Below, in pieces: positions 42,715-56,171 of a DNA stretch of 64,000 nucleotides. Both the position numbers and the translations under genes were made by a program. The stretch lies in contig NC_087437.1 in the NCBI RefSeq assembly GCF_036321535.1, positions 50,532,001 to 50,596,000 on the forward strand. Direction: 5' to 3'. The notes beneath the pieces were generated by a model that saw only the letters and a list, made by a program, of their open reading frames with translations, made no database searches and had not been told where the DNA came from. The stretch's first letter is position 1; each line of letters begins with the position of its first letter. The stretch is from Camelus dromedarius. Lineage: Eukaryota.

Positions 42715-43225
42715 TTCTTTTTATAGTGGTAACATATGCATAAAATTTACCATTTTAACCACTTTTAAGTGTATATTTCAGTGACATGAAGTACATTCAC
42801 AATATTGTGCAACTATTACCATCATCCATCTCCAAAACATTTTCATCATCCCAGAAGGAAACTCTATACCTATTAAACATTAATTCCCCATTCCCTGATA
42901 ACCTCTATTTTACTTTCCATCTCCATGAATCTGCCTATTCTAGGTACCTGATATAAGTGGAATTGAACAGTATTTGTGCATTTATGTCTCGCTTATTTTA
43001 TTTAGCATGATGTGTCCAAGGTTGATCCATATATCAGAATTTCATTCCTTTTAATGGCTGGCTGAATAACATCACACTGCAGGTCTATTCCCATTTTGTT
43101 CATCTATTCATCTGCTGATGGGCATGTGGATTGATTCCACCTTTTGGCTATTGTGAATAATGTTGCTATGAACATTGGTGCACAAGTATCTGGGTTCCTG
43201 CTTTAAATTCTTTTAGGTATGTATA
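42715..43225 (-). mobile_element. L1 (L1MB-type) 3' end
   Basis: aaaatttaccattttaaccacttttaagtgta...ccaccttttggctattgtgaataatgttgctatgaacatt. Confidence 0.8.
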
Positions 43226-44079
43226 TATGAAATGTCAAGGAATTTGCAAGTAGAAGTAAAGGGCTTCAGAGGGTGGCAGGGCAGCAGCGGTGGGGGTGGG
43301 GTGGTGCACATTATTTGCTCTGTCTCCGTGTAAAGCTGGCCTAGAACTGAAACCATGGTACCCAAAAGCTGAAAAGAGAACCCTAGCACAGTAACTCATT
43401 TAACTTCAGGTCACTATCTGCCAGTGTCACCTCTCCAGAAAAAGAGCTAAGTAGTAAACAAAAGTCATTTGGTATTAAAGTCTATACATACTCTAGTGAG
43501 AGAGGACTCCCTCAGATTTTAGCCTAATCACTTGCAACTTAATCAGAATTTTAAGAAATTTATTTACTTGGCTTTCTAGGCTACAGAAGAGGAAAATCAG
43601 TAACTGAAGGACAGCAAGATTTCTAAGACAGACATGCTAACAGCAGAAAGGGAGGAAACAGAGGGAAACAAAAAGCAGAACAGGCTTAGATGGCTTAATG
43701 AGGAATAAGTCCTGAGGGCAATTTTGTTCTTCTTAAATAGTAATTACGTATGTATCATTATAACCAAGGGAATGGAAAAGAAAAAACATCATCCAACTGT
43801 CTTTCAAAATAGTTATGCTCAAGAACATTTCAAAATAAGAGGGATAAGCTTCAGATGTCTGGGAGACTCATGTGAATAGAAAAAGCCGCAACTTAGTGAC
43901 AGCAAACAGCAAAATGCTACAAACTGAGTAAGATGCTAGATAATCACATTCTGATTTGAGTTTGGAGTTTTGTTTCTTTTAAACCGAAGCTCAATTTTAG
44001 AGATTTTACATGAAATGTCAAATATTATTTATGTGAGGCAAAGTAAAACAGGCCTATATCCCAGTCCTTTCTGATTTTT

Positions 44080-45600
44080 TTAAACACTGTTTTTTAAGGT
44101 ATGGTTTACGATACATAATGTAATACTCACCCATTTACAGTTTGATGCATTTAGCAAACTGATACAACTGTGCAACTATTACTATAATAATCCAGTTTTA
44201 GAACACTTCGACACTTGAAAAGGTTCCTATGTGTCCATGTGCATATTTGCTTAATCCTTGCTCCCAGAACCAGGCAACTACTGACCTGCTTGCTGTCTCT
44301 ATAATTTTGCCTTTTTTAGAAATCTCATATAAATGTAATCATACAGTCCGTGTCTGGCTTCTTAAAAACTTGAGTCATTTTCTGTGGTTTACCTACACAC
44401 AAAAAAAAGAATTGCTGATACATACCACAACATGGATGAAAATAACAGGTCTATTTACAGATTGTGTAAATATACCACATTTTGTTTTTTTACTTATTTG
44501 GATTTTTTCCCAGTCTTTGGCTATTACGATAATGCTGTTATGAACATTCATGGACAAGTCTGTGTGGACATATTTTTTATTCCTCTTGGGTAAATACCCA
44601 GGAGTGCAACTGTTGGATCAAAATACAGTAAGTATATATTTAATTTTCTAAAACTAGCCAGTTTTCTAAAGGGGCTAAACAATTCTGCATTTCCATCAGC
44701 TATGTATGATGGTTCTAAGTTCTTCCACATCCCTGCCAACATGTGGTATCATCAGTCTTTTTGATTTTTGCCATTGTAGTGGGTGTGTAGTGGTACTGAT
44801 TTTAAAAACAACTTTATTGACATAATTCAATCCAATCATTTTTAGTATATTTGCAGAGTTGCGCAATCATTACCATAATCTAAGATACTACATAAGATAT
44901 AATAATGTAAGCTTTCATCACCCCCAAAAGAAAACTCCATGTCTATCAGCAGTTATTCCCCATTCCCTACATATCACCAGCCCTAGGCAACCACTAATCT
45001 GTCTGTATAGATTTGCCTATTTTGGCAATTATTCCAGTACCACCTGTTGAAAAGGCTGTCCTTTCTCCAATGAATTGCTTTAGCACCTTTATTCAAAAAT
45101 TAACCATATATGTGTGAGTTTATTGTAGGACTTTCTATTCTGCTCCATTGATGTATATATTTATCCTTCTGATACCACACTGTCTTGGTTACTACAGCTT
45201 TATAGTGAATTTTGAATTCCAGGAGTCTAAACCCCACAAATCTGTTAGTCTTTTCAAAATTGTTTTAACTATAGACTAGGTCCTTTGGCTATTTTAGGAT
45301 CAGCTTGTCAATCTACACCCCTCCAAAAAAGCTTATTGGGATTTGACAAAGACTGCATTAAATTGCATTAAATCTATAGATCAATATGGAAAGAACTGAC
45401 ACCTTAATAATATTGAGTCTTCTAATGATATATCTATGAACTTATTTAAGACTTTAATTTTTCTCACCAATGTTTTATAGTTTCCAGTACATAGGACTTG
45501 AAGTGCTTTTGCTAACTTTTTTACTAAGTATTAGATTTTCATGGATGTTACTGTGAATGTAACTGTTTCCTTAATTTCATTTTCAAAGTGCTTGTTGCTA
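44080..45600 (-). mobile_element. Nested old L1 fragments, antisense
   Basis: Several L1 3'/ORF2 antisense segments (gctgttatgaacattcatggacaag, aatctatagatcaat). Confidence 0.7.
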
Positions 45601-48399
45601 GCCTTCCTTTTTGGGGTACCTAATTCAATAGAACTCTGATTAACTAGATTAATACTCTCTTTATAATGAAAAGAAAAGCAGCTATCTATGTGCCAAAACA
45701 ACGTTCAAACACGTCATGGGAATGGCCTCAAGAAGCTTAATTAATTTCTCTTAGGAAGAACACCTTTAATATAGCCAAACCACACTATCCTAGAGCATCT
45801 GAATGGACTAAAAAGAAAATCTAACAATCCTACTACTACCAGCAGGGTAATTCCCTAGCCATCAGGCATGTATTTAGCTGCCAATTCACCCTGGTGGTCA
45901 CAGGATTGTAAGCGGATGTAGAATGTTCATTCCATAGCACTAATATGCCTTTAACAGCAAAGACAGAAAACTGGTAACTCCTAACCTTCAATCTCTGCCA
46001 AAGTAATTCTTTCATGTTTTTAGTTCATATCTATTCTGCTCTATGCTTGTTCAAGCATATGCACAGATACAAATTTATTGTTGTTGTTACTGGCTCTGTC
46101 TTTGAGCAGAAATGTGTCCTATCCCATGACAGAGGGAACAAGTCATACTCCTCAAATTCTTATTACCAATAATTTTCTACCCACATTCTGTAATACTTAT
46201 GACATGTGGGTTTCCTCTTGGTCAATCACACAGATTACCAGTACTTCGTTTAATAACTTGCTATATTCATTACTTATCAGTGATTTTGAAATGCCTCTAA
46301 TAAAGTCATTCATTCCTGGTGGCACATTAAAAGAAATTGGAGCACTTTTACAAAACATTCATGTTCAGGAGCTAATCTAGATAAGTGAAGGGCTGAGCAA
46401 GGCTTGGCACAAGCTTTTTTTTAACTTTTCACTAAAGAATAATATACATACAAAAAAGTGCATATTGTAAGTGTACAGCTTCTATAAACATAGTTTTCAT
46501 AAACTGAATACCTCTGTGTAGACAACACAGCTCAAGAAACAAAGCATCACTAGCATTCCAGAGAGCATAAAGCTCTCCTCCAGGCAACTTCAGGCCCCTT
46601 CCCAAGGTACTACACCAGCATCCTTGTTAAAAGGCTCAAGTTGATTCTCATTGTCAGCAGCGCTTACTACCACTACCTCCCTCCCGTCCAGAGAAGCTCG
46701 GGGACAACTGACAAGAGAACTAGCCTAATGAACATGCTTACTATTATTACACCTCCTAGAGTCTCTCAATACAGCCATGTTACCAGACAAATCGTCAGCA
46801 ACTTAGCTCACGTGTAAGTTTTACTCTAGTGTCTATAAAAATGCCTATCGCAAAGGCCACATTAAGAATTCTACATTTTTGGCAAACTTATTTCAAAATC
46901 ACTACACACATGTTATTTAATGTTTTTTATCAGAATGATCAATACTTTTCTTCTTCAAAGTCAAAGTGAGGGCAAGGTTTGCTCCCCTAATTGGCAGGTA
47001 TCCTTTTATTAGAGAGCCTTGTAAATTGTTATCCACCAAATTTCCTTTTCAATCAGGGTTGTTAGGAAGAACTAAAGTAGCTTTCCTTGGCCTAAGTTTT
47101 CTGACTAAATGCCAACTGCTATCCCCCCAAAATAGTCCCCTATTACTTATTTTTTGCTTTTATCCTTTGTCCTAACCACTATCTGTAATGTCTGGAAGCC
47201 AACTCAAATCTTGACTATACAGGCAAAATGTGTGAAACCTATTTTATTCTTCTCTCACTGTTTGTGTTATTATAGCATCTATACAACATAATACTAATCC
47301 AGACAGGCACAGAGTTGACAAAATTCCCCAGAATTAGCATATCATTTATTTGTTACAGGGTTGTTGTTTAAATTGAAAAATGGTCTTAATGAACTGTCAC
47401 TATAAAGGGAGAGAATTTTCACCTCTAAGGAGAAGACTGATTAGAGGAAGCAATGATAAAATAAGGAAGCTAGCTGGCTTAAAATAAGTTATTTTTAATT
47501 AATTGAAATTTCAGATTAAACAGCACCTTCCCTTTTCCCAAATTGCAGGGCAATAAAGTTCTATTGCTCAGCCAGGCTGAGAGTCAGGAGACTCTTGTTT
47601 AATACTTTCTCTTTCAAGGATGAGACAAGTTTTGCTTTCAAAGCACCTGGGGATCTTGATAAAAGTGCAAATTATGCATAAAAATGTAAATAACAGTGGG
47701 TTTGGAGTGAGGCCCAAGAATTTGCTTCTTTCTACCAAGCTCCCAAATGATGACATGGACCACACTCTGAGCAGTAAGACTAGATGATTTTGGGTATCAC
47801 GTACCCTGCGCATTAGGTTTTACACCTGTAGAATGGAGGTAATAATATTATTTAATGTAAGCTCAAACACGAGATAAATACAAAGTGAAAATTAAAGTGA
47901 CTGGATTCCTAAGGAAGTATATAAAGCCTATGTATTATTATCATCTCCTTCCCCTCCTAAGGACCTTTTACTCCAGTCAATAATTAAAATGTTTTAGGAA
48001 CAAGCAAAAATTTAAGTATCTGTGTGTATAAATTAATTCCTAAATTATTCAGTCTAGAAACTGATTCTAAATAAGAAAACACTGATACAGAGAAACATAA
48101 ATGCAAAACAACTGCATATATTCATTAATTCAAATTAATGACCCCATGTACCAGCTTGTTGGGATGGTAGTAAGTACAGAAAATAAGTCTCAGATGTGGG
48201 TTCTTAAGCACGACGGAGTTGAGGAGGAGCCGTGATAGGCATTAAAATCACTAAACAAGATAATAGCTAATTAAGTATTAAAATGACTGGAATAGGAAAT
48301 CAAAAATTGGTAAAGGAAAGGGGAGACATCTATGTAAGTGGGGGATATCTGAATGAAACTATAAGAGGTAGGAATTCTGATGCCAGTGAAGGGCAGGCC

Positions 48400-49870
48400 T
48401 ACTGTAACTGACTCCTAATTCTTCTGCCTGCTCTCTTTGTCATCAGCCCCACCTTTGACCCCATCCCACTGGCCTACTCCCCACCAGCAGCCACAATGAC
48501 CTTATTAAAGTGTAAATCAGATCACTTCACTCCCAGCTTAAAATCCTCCAATAGCTACTTAGAATGAAATGCAAAATGCTTTGTGCCAGCTACTAAACAT
48601 GGATGCAGTGATGTCTAAGACACAGTTCAAACCTTATGAAGGTTCACTCTTGTAGATGAGACAGATAGTAAAATTTTATACAAGTAAATAATACAACTAA
48701 GAATGTTATAAGTCGTAGGAAAAAATAAACAGGTAAGAGGATAAAGACTGGTTAGGAGATGCTTTTATTTTCATATATTTATTTTTTAAAACTGAAGTAT
48801 AGCTGAAGGAGATGCTTTTAAATAGGGGTCAGTGGAGGCCTCCTTTCCAAGGCCTATAACGCTCTAAATGATGCTGCCTCTCTCTCTCTCAGCTTCATCA
48901 TCTACCACTTTCTTCCAGTGTCATTTGGTTTTCCCAGCTCCAAACCCAACCTTCCACACCACTTTGTGCCCAGGCTCTGCATATTACCCTTCTTGGCAGC
49001 TGGCCTCCTGTCAAGTTCTGCCAGCAGGGATCACTGTAGGGAAAAGGGAAGCAGGGGAAGCTTCCTGCTCTCCCATCCTGGGCAGCAGCAGTTCAGTCGG
49101 TAGTCTCTTTTTAGAACTTCCAGAACCAGCCTCATTATGCCCCTTCCAGCCAGGTAGCGCCGCTTCACAGAGAACTGAGCAACAGCTGCAGAAGATCCTT
49201 CAGCCAATCTCTTCCTAGCCCAAGGGGTGGTGTCTGATTTCTGTAGTTTTTTATCATTAGGTAATTTCAACACACTCTTTTTTCCCTTCCAGCCCTCTAA
49301 CACTTAACACCGGCGGAACTAATTCCTAGATTAAATTCCCTCTGCTGAAATACCTACTGGCATTTCAGCTTCGCTGACTGGATTCTGCAGGCCACAGCCC
49401 CTCACTGCCTTCACTCCATCCACACTTAATATTTTTGTCCCTTGAACACCAAACTTACTTTCATCTCAGAGTCCTGGCCATCCCATTTGCCTGAACCTTC
49501 CTCTCCCAGTTCTCCATGCAGCTGGTTCCCTCTCATCAGGCAGGTCTCTGTTCAACGGTCACTACTTCAGAGAGGCCTCTACTGACCACCCTATTTAAAA
49601 GCATCTCCTTCAGCTATACTTCAGTTTTAAAAAATAAATACATGAAAATAAAAGCATCTCCTAACCAATCTTTATCCTCTTACCTGTTTATTTTTTCCTA
49701 CCACTTATAACATTCTTAATTGTATTATTTACTTGTATAAAATTTTACTATCTGTCTCATCTACAAGAGTGAACCTTCATAAGGTTTGAACTGTGTCTTA
49801 GACATCACTGCATCCATGTTTAGTAGCTGGCACAAAGCAGATCAGTTAATGCTTGCTAGGCAAATAAATG
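48400..49870 (+). mobile_element. L2 LINE 3' portion, interrupted by an inverted duplication (48577-48842) and an LTR33-like LTR (about 48919-49390)
   Basis: L2 motifs (taaatcagatcac...cttaaaatcctccaatagct; tcagagaggcct; ctggcacaaagcag); LTR33-like 3' end (taaattccctctgctgaaatacct). Confidence 0.7.
48577..49839. repeat. Long near-perfect inverted repeat: arms 48577-48842 and 49572-49839, 729-bp spacer
   Basis: Manual reverse-complement alignment gives about 5 substitutions and one 2-nt indel over about 266 bp. Confidence 0.95.
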
Positions 49871-50825
49871 CATAAAAGATAAGAGAAGGGGGAAAAGAGC
49901 ATTTCAGGCACATGGAACAATATAAACAAATGCTTAGAAGAAATCAGCATGGTGTGTAAAGATGGAGAAAAGTTCACTGTAACTATAATAAAGAACCAGT
50001 GATGAGAATTGAGTTTTGACAAATTTTGGAAACTCTTTAAATGCTAGGCTGAAGAGTCTGAACTTCATCCTGTAACCACTGAAGATTTACTTACTGGGGG
50101 ATAGGATGAGAAAAGGACAAAGTTATACATAAAAAAATAAAAAGAGCAGGGGATAGTAATGAAACAAGTGTTTAAGAAACACTTGTCCAGGAGTATGAAG
50201 AATTCATTGGATGGGTAAGGGACTTAGGGAAATCAGCTGAGAACCAGAAATCCAGATTAAGAGATCATTAAGTCTGGCTGTATAATTAAAAAAACTTCCA
50301 GAGACATTTTAAAAAAAGATTCAACACAAGTTGGTTCCTATTTTGTTCTGAAGAATGAAGGAGACATGTAATAACATCAAAGTTTTGAGCCTACGATATT
50401 GGAAAACCAGAGTAGGATCCTAAGGTGAGACTGGGAAGTCAAGAGGAAAAAAAGATTCCTTTCTTGATTCTATTTTTTCCTGGTAATCTAGAACACCATC
50501 TATTTCCCCCAGAGGATATGATGTTCCTAGTATCTGGTTTTAAAGGTAAAAGGGCTGAATTCCCTCTTAATTTAAATTTATAATTTAGACCTTCCCTCCA
50601 CCTGTCTCACCAAAGCCCTAAAGTACACAGGATTCAGCAGTAAGGTAAAAGTGGCTGAGGACTGAGAAGGGACACGCCTAGTTTACAATGACAACCCCAG
50701 AATCCAATGTAAAAATCTTGGGAATGGCTGAAAATAGAAAATGAGTTTTGTAAATAATAAATAATTTTCTGTAAATCATACAAAACTTATTTCTTTTGCA
50801 ATGTAAACCTCTACACAACTCTTAC

Positions 50826-50921
50826 CTGCACAGCAGAGACCTTGGCCACTTGAATGATCTTCTCCATAGAAAGGTAGCTTTGCTGTGAGGGAGCGGGACC
50901 GATGGAATATGCTTCATCTGC
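50826..50921 (-). CDS. MCCC1: MCCC1 exon 4 ([32 protein letters not shown])
   Basis: CAG acceptor, CAG|GTAAGA donor; 96 nt, phase 0-0. Confidence 0.97.
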
Positions 50922-52629
50922 CTGTTGAAGGAATGAGTATTTTTTGCTTAAAAGACCACACAGCTAGTACACACTAGGACACTGTACAGAACTGCTGCTG
51001 GGTCATCTTATTATTATAAATAAAAATGCTGGCTCCTCAAGAACAATGTAGAATTTAGAAACAGAAGCACCAGTTCATGTTGATGTTGTAAGAATTAGTC
51101 AGTTTAGAGTCTTTTGCATGAGGATGCCGAAACTTAATTTTTATGTCTAAAACACATACTCAGAGTGAAAGTAAAATAAAGTGCCTTAGGATAGAAAGCA
51201 ACAGGCATTAGCCACAATATTATTAGCAATGATAATAACCTTATTAAAAATGTATTTAATGCCAAAAATATACCATTTGACAACAGAGACAAAATATATA
51301 ACAGACGTATACAGCAAGAAAATTACAAAGTTTACTAAAATTTATATAATTATTAGAGTATGATAATACCCTTCCTATACATTTGTGAACTATCTTCTAC
51401 TGTCCCTTAAAACTTTCACAAAATCACAGCACACCTTGAAGCAGACCACATAGAAAATGTCTTTCATCCATTCAAAGCCTTACTGAAAGCCCACTATTGT
51501 GCCATGCTTTGAGGTGGGAGCCTGTACATCAGTAAAAGGCCAAGAAGGGAAAACAGAGGACAAAATGCAGGTAAGAGCAAGACAATGAGGCCAGAGGCTG
51601 GTCAGAAGGCCTGAAGGGAAAGTCAGGGAGCTCATTCAGAATGATCAGGACTCGGCCAGGCAAATGGCTGGAGGGTATGGAGCTGGGAACCAGAGTGGAG
51701 ATAGGGGCAAGCCTCCCAGGTGGAAAAAACAACACATATGAAGGTCCTGGGGTGGGAAGAAACCCGGCCCATTTGAGAGACTGAAGGAGGCTCATGTGGC
51801 TGGAGCACAGTGAGCAAGGGGTCAGGGACCAGAGATGTGGCTGGACAGACGGGGATGCAGATTTCAGAGGGCCTTGTGGGAGGTTAAAGCTTTGGATTTT
51901 CTCTCAAGGGGACACATAATGAGACTTGTTTAAGGTCTTGGCTTTTTTTTTTTTTCACTTTTAATTCCACAAAACACAAATCTATTCTCATTCTAAAGAA
52001 TGTGAACAATACAAAAGCAAAGGAGCCCCTGGCACTGGCCCTCTCCGTCATTCCAAACCCCTTCCAGATATAACCTCTATGATCAATTTGGGACATAACT
52101 TTCTAGATCCATATTCTTATTTATTTATATATATTTACATAAACACGTAATAGTTTTAGTTTTTGTTTTTACCAAGATCAAACTCTAGAGTCATCTTCTG
52201 CAACTGTTTTTTTTCATTAATAGTATGTCCTGACAGCTCTTTCCGCACTAGTACACATATGTCTACCTCATTTTTTATAACAATTGCATAATGTTCCACA
52301 CTATTCTGAGTTCATTTAATCACGTACCTCTTAACGGACATTTAAGTTGTAATGGCAAATGGATGCCGGTAGCATCTTGTACATGCTTCTAGGTATACAT
52401 ATGTGTAAGTGTGTCTCTGGACAGAGATCTAGAGGAATGTTTGCAGGGTTCAGTGAAAGACATGACATTTTAATTGCTCCTGGTTAATCACCCCTTGAAA
52501 TGTTGTCACCAATATACATTTCCATCAGTATACTAATTTCTAACTACATCAACCAACACCAAATACTTTCCATCTTTCAAATTATTGCTAGTCTGGTGGA
52601 TGATAAAAAGGTTTAAAACATTTAAAGCA

Positions 52630-53400
52630 GAGGATAACATGAAGAAACTGATTTTTAGCCATCAGTCTGGCTGAAGTGTAAAAAATATTGTGGGAGGAGG
52701 TCAAGAGTAAAAGCAGGGAGACTGTGTAGGAGGCTACAGCATCAGACCAGGCAAAGATGATAATGGCTTGAGTTAAGGTGCAGGCAGTGGAGGGCAGAAA
52801 GAAATGGAAGATGTTTGGGAAGCAGAATTAACAGCATTTGGCAACTGTCTAGATGGGGGAGAGGGTAGAACCAGGAGGAGGAGGGGAGATGTTCAAAGAC
52901 TTTCAGATCTCTAGCATTATTATTTTTATGAGCGATGATGTTCCGGTTAGGGAAGTCTGCAGGAAAAGCAGGTTCAGTACAGATGAAAGGCGATGAGCTC
53001 ACTTTTGGACATTGTGGTTTGGCATCTGTGACACATCCAGCTGGAGATGCTGAGCCCAAGGTTGCACAGCCGTGTACCACATTCAAACAGAAAGTCGAAG
53101 CTAGAAATAGACATTTGCAAGTTTTTAGAAAAGCCACAGAAGTGCATGGTATCATTTAGAGTGAGAGTATACAGTGAAAAAAAGAAGAAAATGGAAGTTT
53201 CTTAAAAGGGGAGAGGAGGACTCCACAGCCCAGGAAGACAACCAGCCCTGGATGGGAAGAGGACACGTGCAGATGCAAGCGAGCAGATTCTGTGGCAGGG
53301 AGCTCAGCTCTGTGTTCAAGATCACCTGCTGAGAAGAGGGGGCAGAGGGAGAACCACAGGTTGGAATGGAGCAAAACAGGTTTGAGATGGTCACTGCACA
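52630..53400 (-). mobile_element. L2 LINE fragment
   Basis: Purine-rich L2 antisense pattern (gagactgtgtaggaggctacagc...tgagctcactttggacatt...gtgacacatccagctggagatg). Confidence 0.65.
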
Positions 53401-54035
53401 GAATTCAAGAGAAAAGTGGCTAGAGAGGCAGGGGACTGCTGCACAGTGCAGAAAGCCCAGGAAGCTGCCACCATGAATTCATGTCGGTGCCTGGAGTCTT
53501 GCTGCAGCCATAAAGAAGGCCAGTAGCTGAATTCACCCATGGCTGGGTTCCGTCTGGTGGTTAACAGTTAGTAACAATGGGTAACACTTAACAAACCTCA
53601 GAAGAGTAGGGTCCTTTCAGTTATAATTTTACAGTTAAGTCAAGACTCAGAAACATTAAGTGACCTATCTAAGATCCTTTGGCCAGTAAGTGGTAGTTGC
53701 TAAACTGACCTCCAGTCTTCTGATACCTCGGAATCTAGATAGACACCACTCACAATGTGACCTGTGGGTCACCCACGTTCTCTAAACTGTTGTAACCAAT
53801 CCTTGACAAGACAGGACCTTGCCTGTAAGTTAACTATACCACTAAGCACACTATTTAGTTCCACTGGTGTTATGTTTGAAAAGGTTCCCAGGATAAATTA
53901 TTAGCAATTTCAACTTAACTACTTAAATACCGTTAACACTAGCAAATACAAACTGTCAACAAAGAAGTAAAAATACTGACACAATAAATGAATACAATCA
54001 CTTAAAAAATTTGACTTCAGTTTTTAACAACTTAC

Positions 54036-54172
54036 CATGTCTACATGCATGGAATTCCTGTCTGCCTCACTATAAACTGCCACAGACTGTACACCCATTT
54101 TTTTGGCTGTTCGTATCACCCGGCAGGCAATTTCTCCTCTGTTTGCAATGAGGATCCTGCTAATATTTCGTC
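54036..54172 (-). CDS. MCCC1: MCCC1 exon 3 ([46 protein letters not shown])
   Basis: Biotin carboxylase N-terminal motif [11 protein letters not shown] acceptor, ATG|GTAAGT donor; 137 nt. Confidence 0.97.
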
Positions 54173-54239
54173 CTGTTTAAAATACCATGAAAATGATATA
54201 CAAGTGTTACCGGGGAACAAGGAATGAGAATGCAAAATA

Positions 54240-54587
54240 CAGTCGGCCCTCTGTATCCATGGGGGATTGGCTCCAGGAACCCCAGACACCAAAACCCACA
54301 GATACTTAAATCCCTTATATAAAAGGGTGTAGTATTTGCATAACCTACCCTACACCCTCCCATTTACTTTAAATCATCTCTAGATTACTTATAGTACCTA
54401 ATACAGTGTAAATGCTACATAAGTAGTTTTAAGTACAATGTAAATGCTGTGTAAATAGTTGCCAGTGCACAGTAAGTTCAAGCTTTGCTTTTGGAAACTT
54501 TCCGGGAATTTTTTCCCCCGAATATTTGTGATCCATGGCTGGTTGAATCCACAGATGTGGAACCCACAGATACTGGAGGGCCAACTG
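54240..54587. mobile_element. MER2-type (Tigger) MITE, 348 bp, about 65 nt upstream of the exon 3 acceptor
   Basis: Terminal inverted repeats CAGTCGGCCCTC / GAGGGCCAACTG with TA target-site duplications. Confidence 0.9.
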
Positions 54588-55009
54588 TAAATATTCTATG
54601 ATATTTGATAGACATAGCTATTTGGTAAAATCAGCATAATGAAGCCTCCAATAACCATTTTAGCTAATATTGGTGCATTTCTTTTCAATGTCCAGTATTT
54701 GTAGATGTTGCTGTGTAAGGTTAAGTTATACCTTTAACTTATAGTGTCTTTTCCTCTTATTGTAGGTTGTTTTTCTGGGTAAACCAAGCTATCTTCTTTG
54801 CATTCCACTTTGACCTCAATTTAAAATCAACATCAGTATGATCAGATAAGGGAGAGCTGTTAATAAGCCTTTAGAAGTCATGAAATCAAGATACTCTTAT
54901 TAAAAACATAAATTCTTAAATTACTCAGCTTTTTCAATTTGAAATAAAATTAAAAGACGCTTTGTTGTATCAAAGATCAAATTATAATAGTTAAAAAAAC
55001 CCATCATAA

Positions 55010-55265
55010 TTAATAATAGCTATACTTTAATAAGTACTTTCTATGCCTCAGGTCCTCTGCTAAAGGCTCAATCTGAACTTAAATTCTCACAATAATCCTA
55101 CGAAGTAGATACTATTATTATAATCTCAATTTTTAAAATGAAGAAATTAAGATCAAAAGAGATACTGCTTTCCTGAAATTACAGCTGAAAGAAATGGTAG
55201 ATCCATGATTTGAACCCACGTTAGCTTCACTACAGAATGTGAGCTCTCTGTCACTCTGCTCCACT
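55010..55265 (-). mobile_element. MIR SINE
   Basis: aataatagcta...ctcacaataatcctacgaagtagatactattatt...gatttgaaccca. Confidence 0.7.
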
Positions 55266-55841
55266 GCCTCTATCCCTCTGCACACAGGGCGTGTGGTTCT
55301 CTTGCAATATAAGCCAGTACTGCACCAGTTCACCAGCATCAGTGTTACATGACAAGCTGCATAAAATGCACTGCCATCAACACACATCAAATAAATGTCT
55401 TTGACAGTTTATAATATTTATTTTTCTCCAAAAATAAATTTTCATATAAGTTAAAACAATGTTTTTCAATAGGGATTAATAGAGCCCAAGTTGTCACAGG
55501 GGCTGCTGGGATGAAGTATGTATGCATGCATGTGTTGGGGGAAGGGCTATACTCAAATCAACCAGAAATTACACTTTTATGTGTTTATAGCTGGGAACTC
55601 CATATAAAATTTTATTTGAAAAAAAAAAAAGTTCTGCTATTTGAAAGAACTGTTTCAAAGCATTGATTTAGACCATCATATTTATGCTTTTCCAATTCAA
55701 TGCACTAAAGAGGGCCAAACAAGTAACAACACAAATATGATGTCCTCAACTATTTCCCTATGTATTTCAGACTCACAGCAAGAGATCTGACATAAAAGAG
55801 GTGAAAACCATGACTCAATACTTACTAAGAAAATGATCATG

Positions 55842-55988
55842 GTGGGGAAGGTATAGCTCAAGTAGTAGAGCACATGCTTAGTATGCATGAGGTCCTGGTT
55901 TCAATCTCCGGTACCTCCTCTAAAAGCAAATAAATATATAAACCTAATCATTCCCCCTCCCCAAATTAATTAAAAAAAAGAAAAAAGA
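55842..55988 (+). mobile_element. Full-length Vic-1-like SINE with 15-bp TSD
   Basis: A and B boxes present; TSD AAGAAAATGATCATG at 55827-55841 and 55989-56003. Confidence 0.9.
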
Positions 55989-56124
55989 AAGAAAATGATC
56001 ATGAAAATCCAAAACTTCAAAAGTATATAAAAATTAATTCTACTAAGCACACATTAAATAATTACACATTTCCCTTCATTACTCACAGTCTGAAGCAAAG
56101 CCAAATAGGACAGACTGTCAGTAC

Positions 56125-56171
56125 CTGTGGATGCTGCATACTTCATGGTTCTTTGCTTCCAAGTCCATCCC
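56125..56171 (-). CDS. MCCC1: MCCC1 exon 2 (GWTWKQRTMKYAAST)
   Basis: Acceptor TTTTTATAG, donor CAG|GTACTG; 47 nt; keeps frame between exons 1 and 3. Confidence 0.92.
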
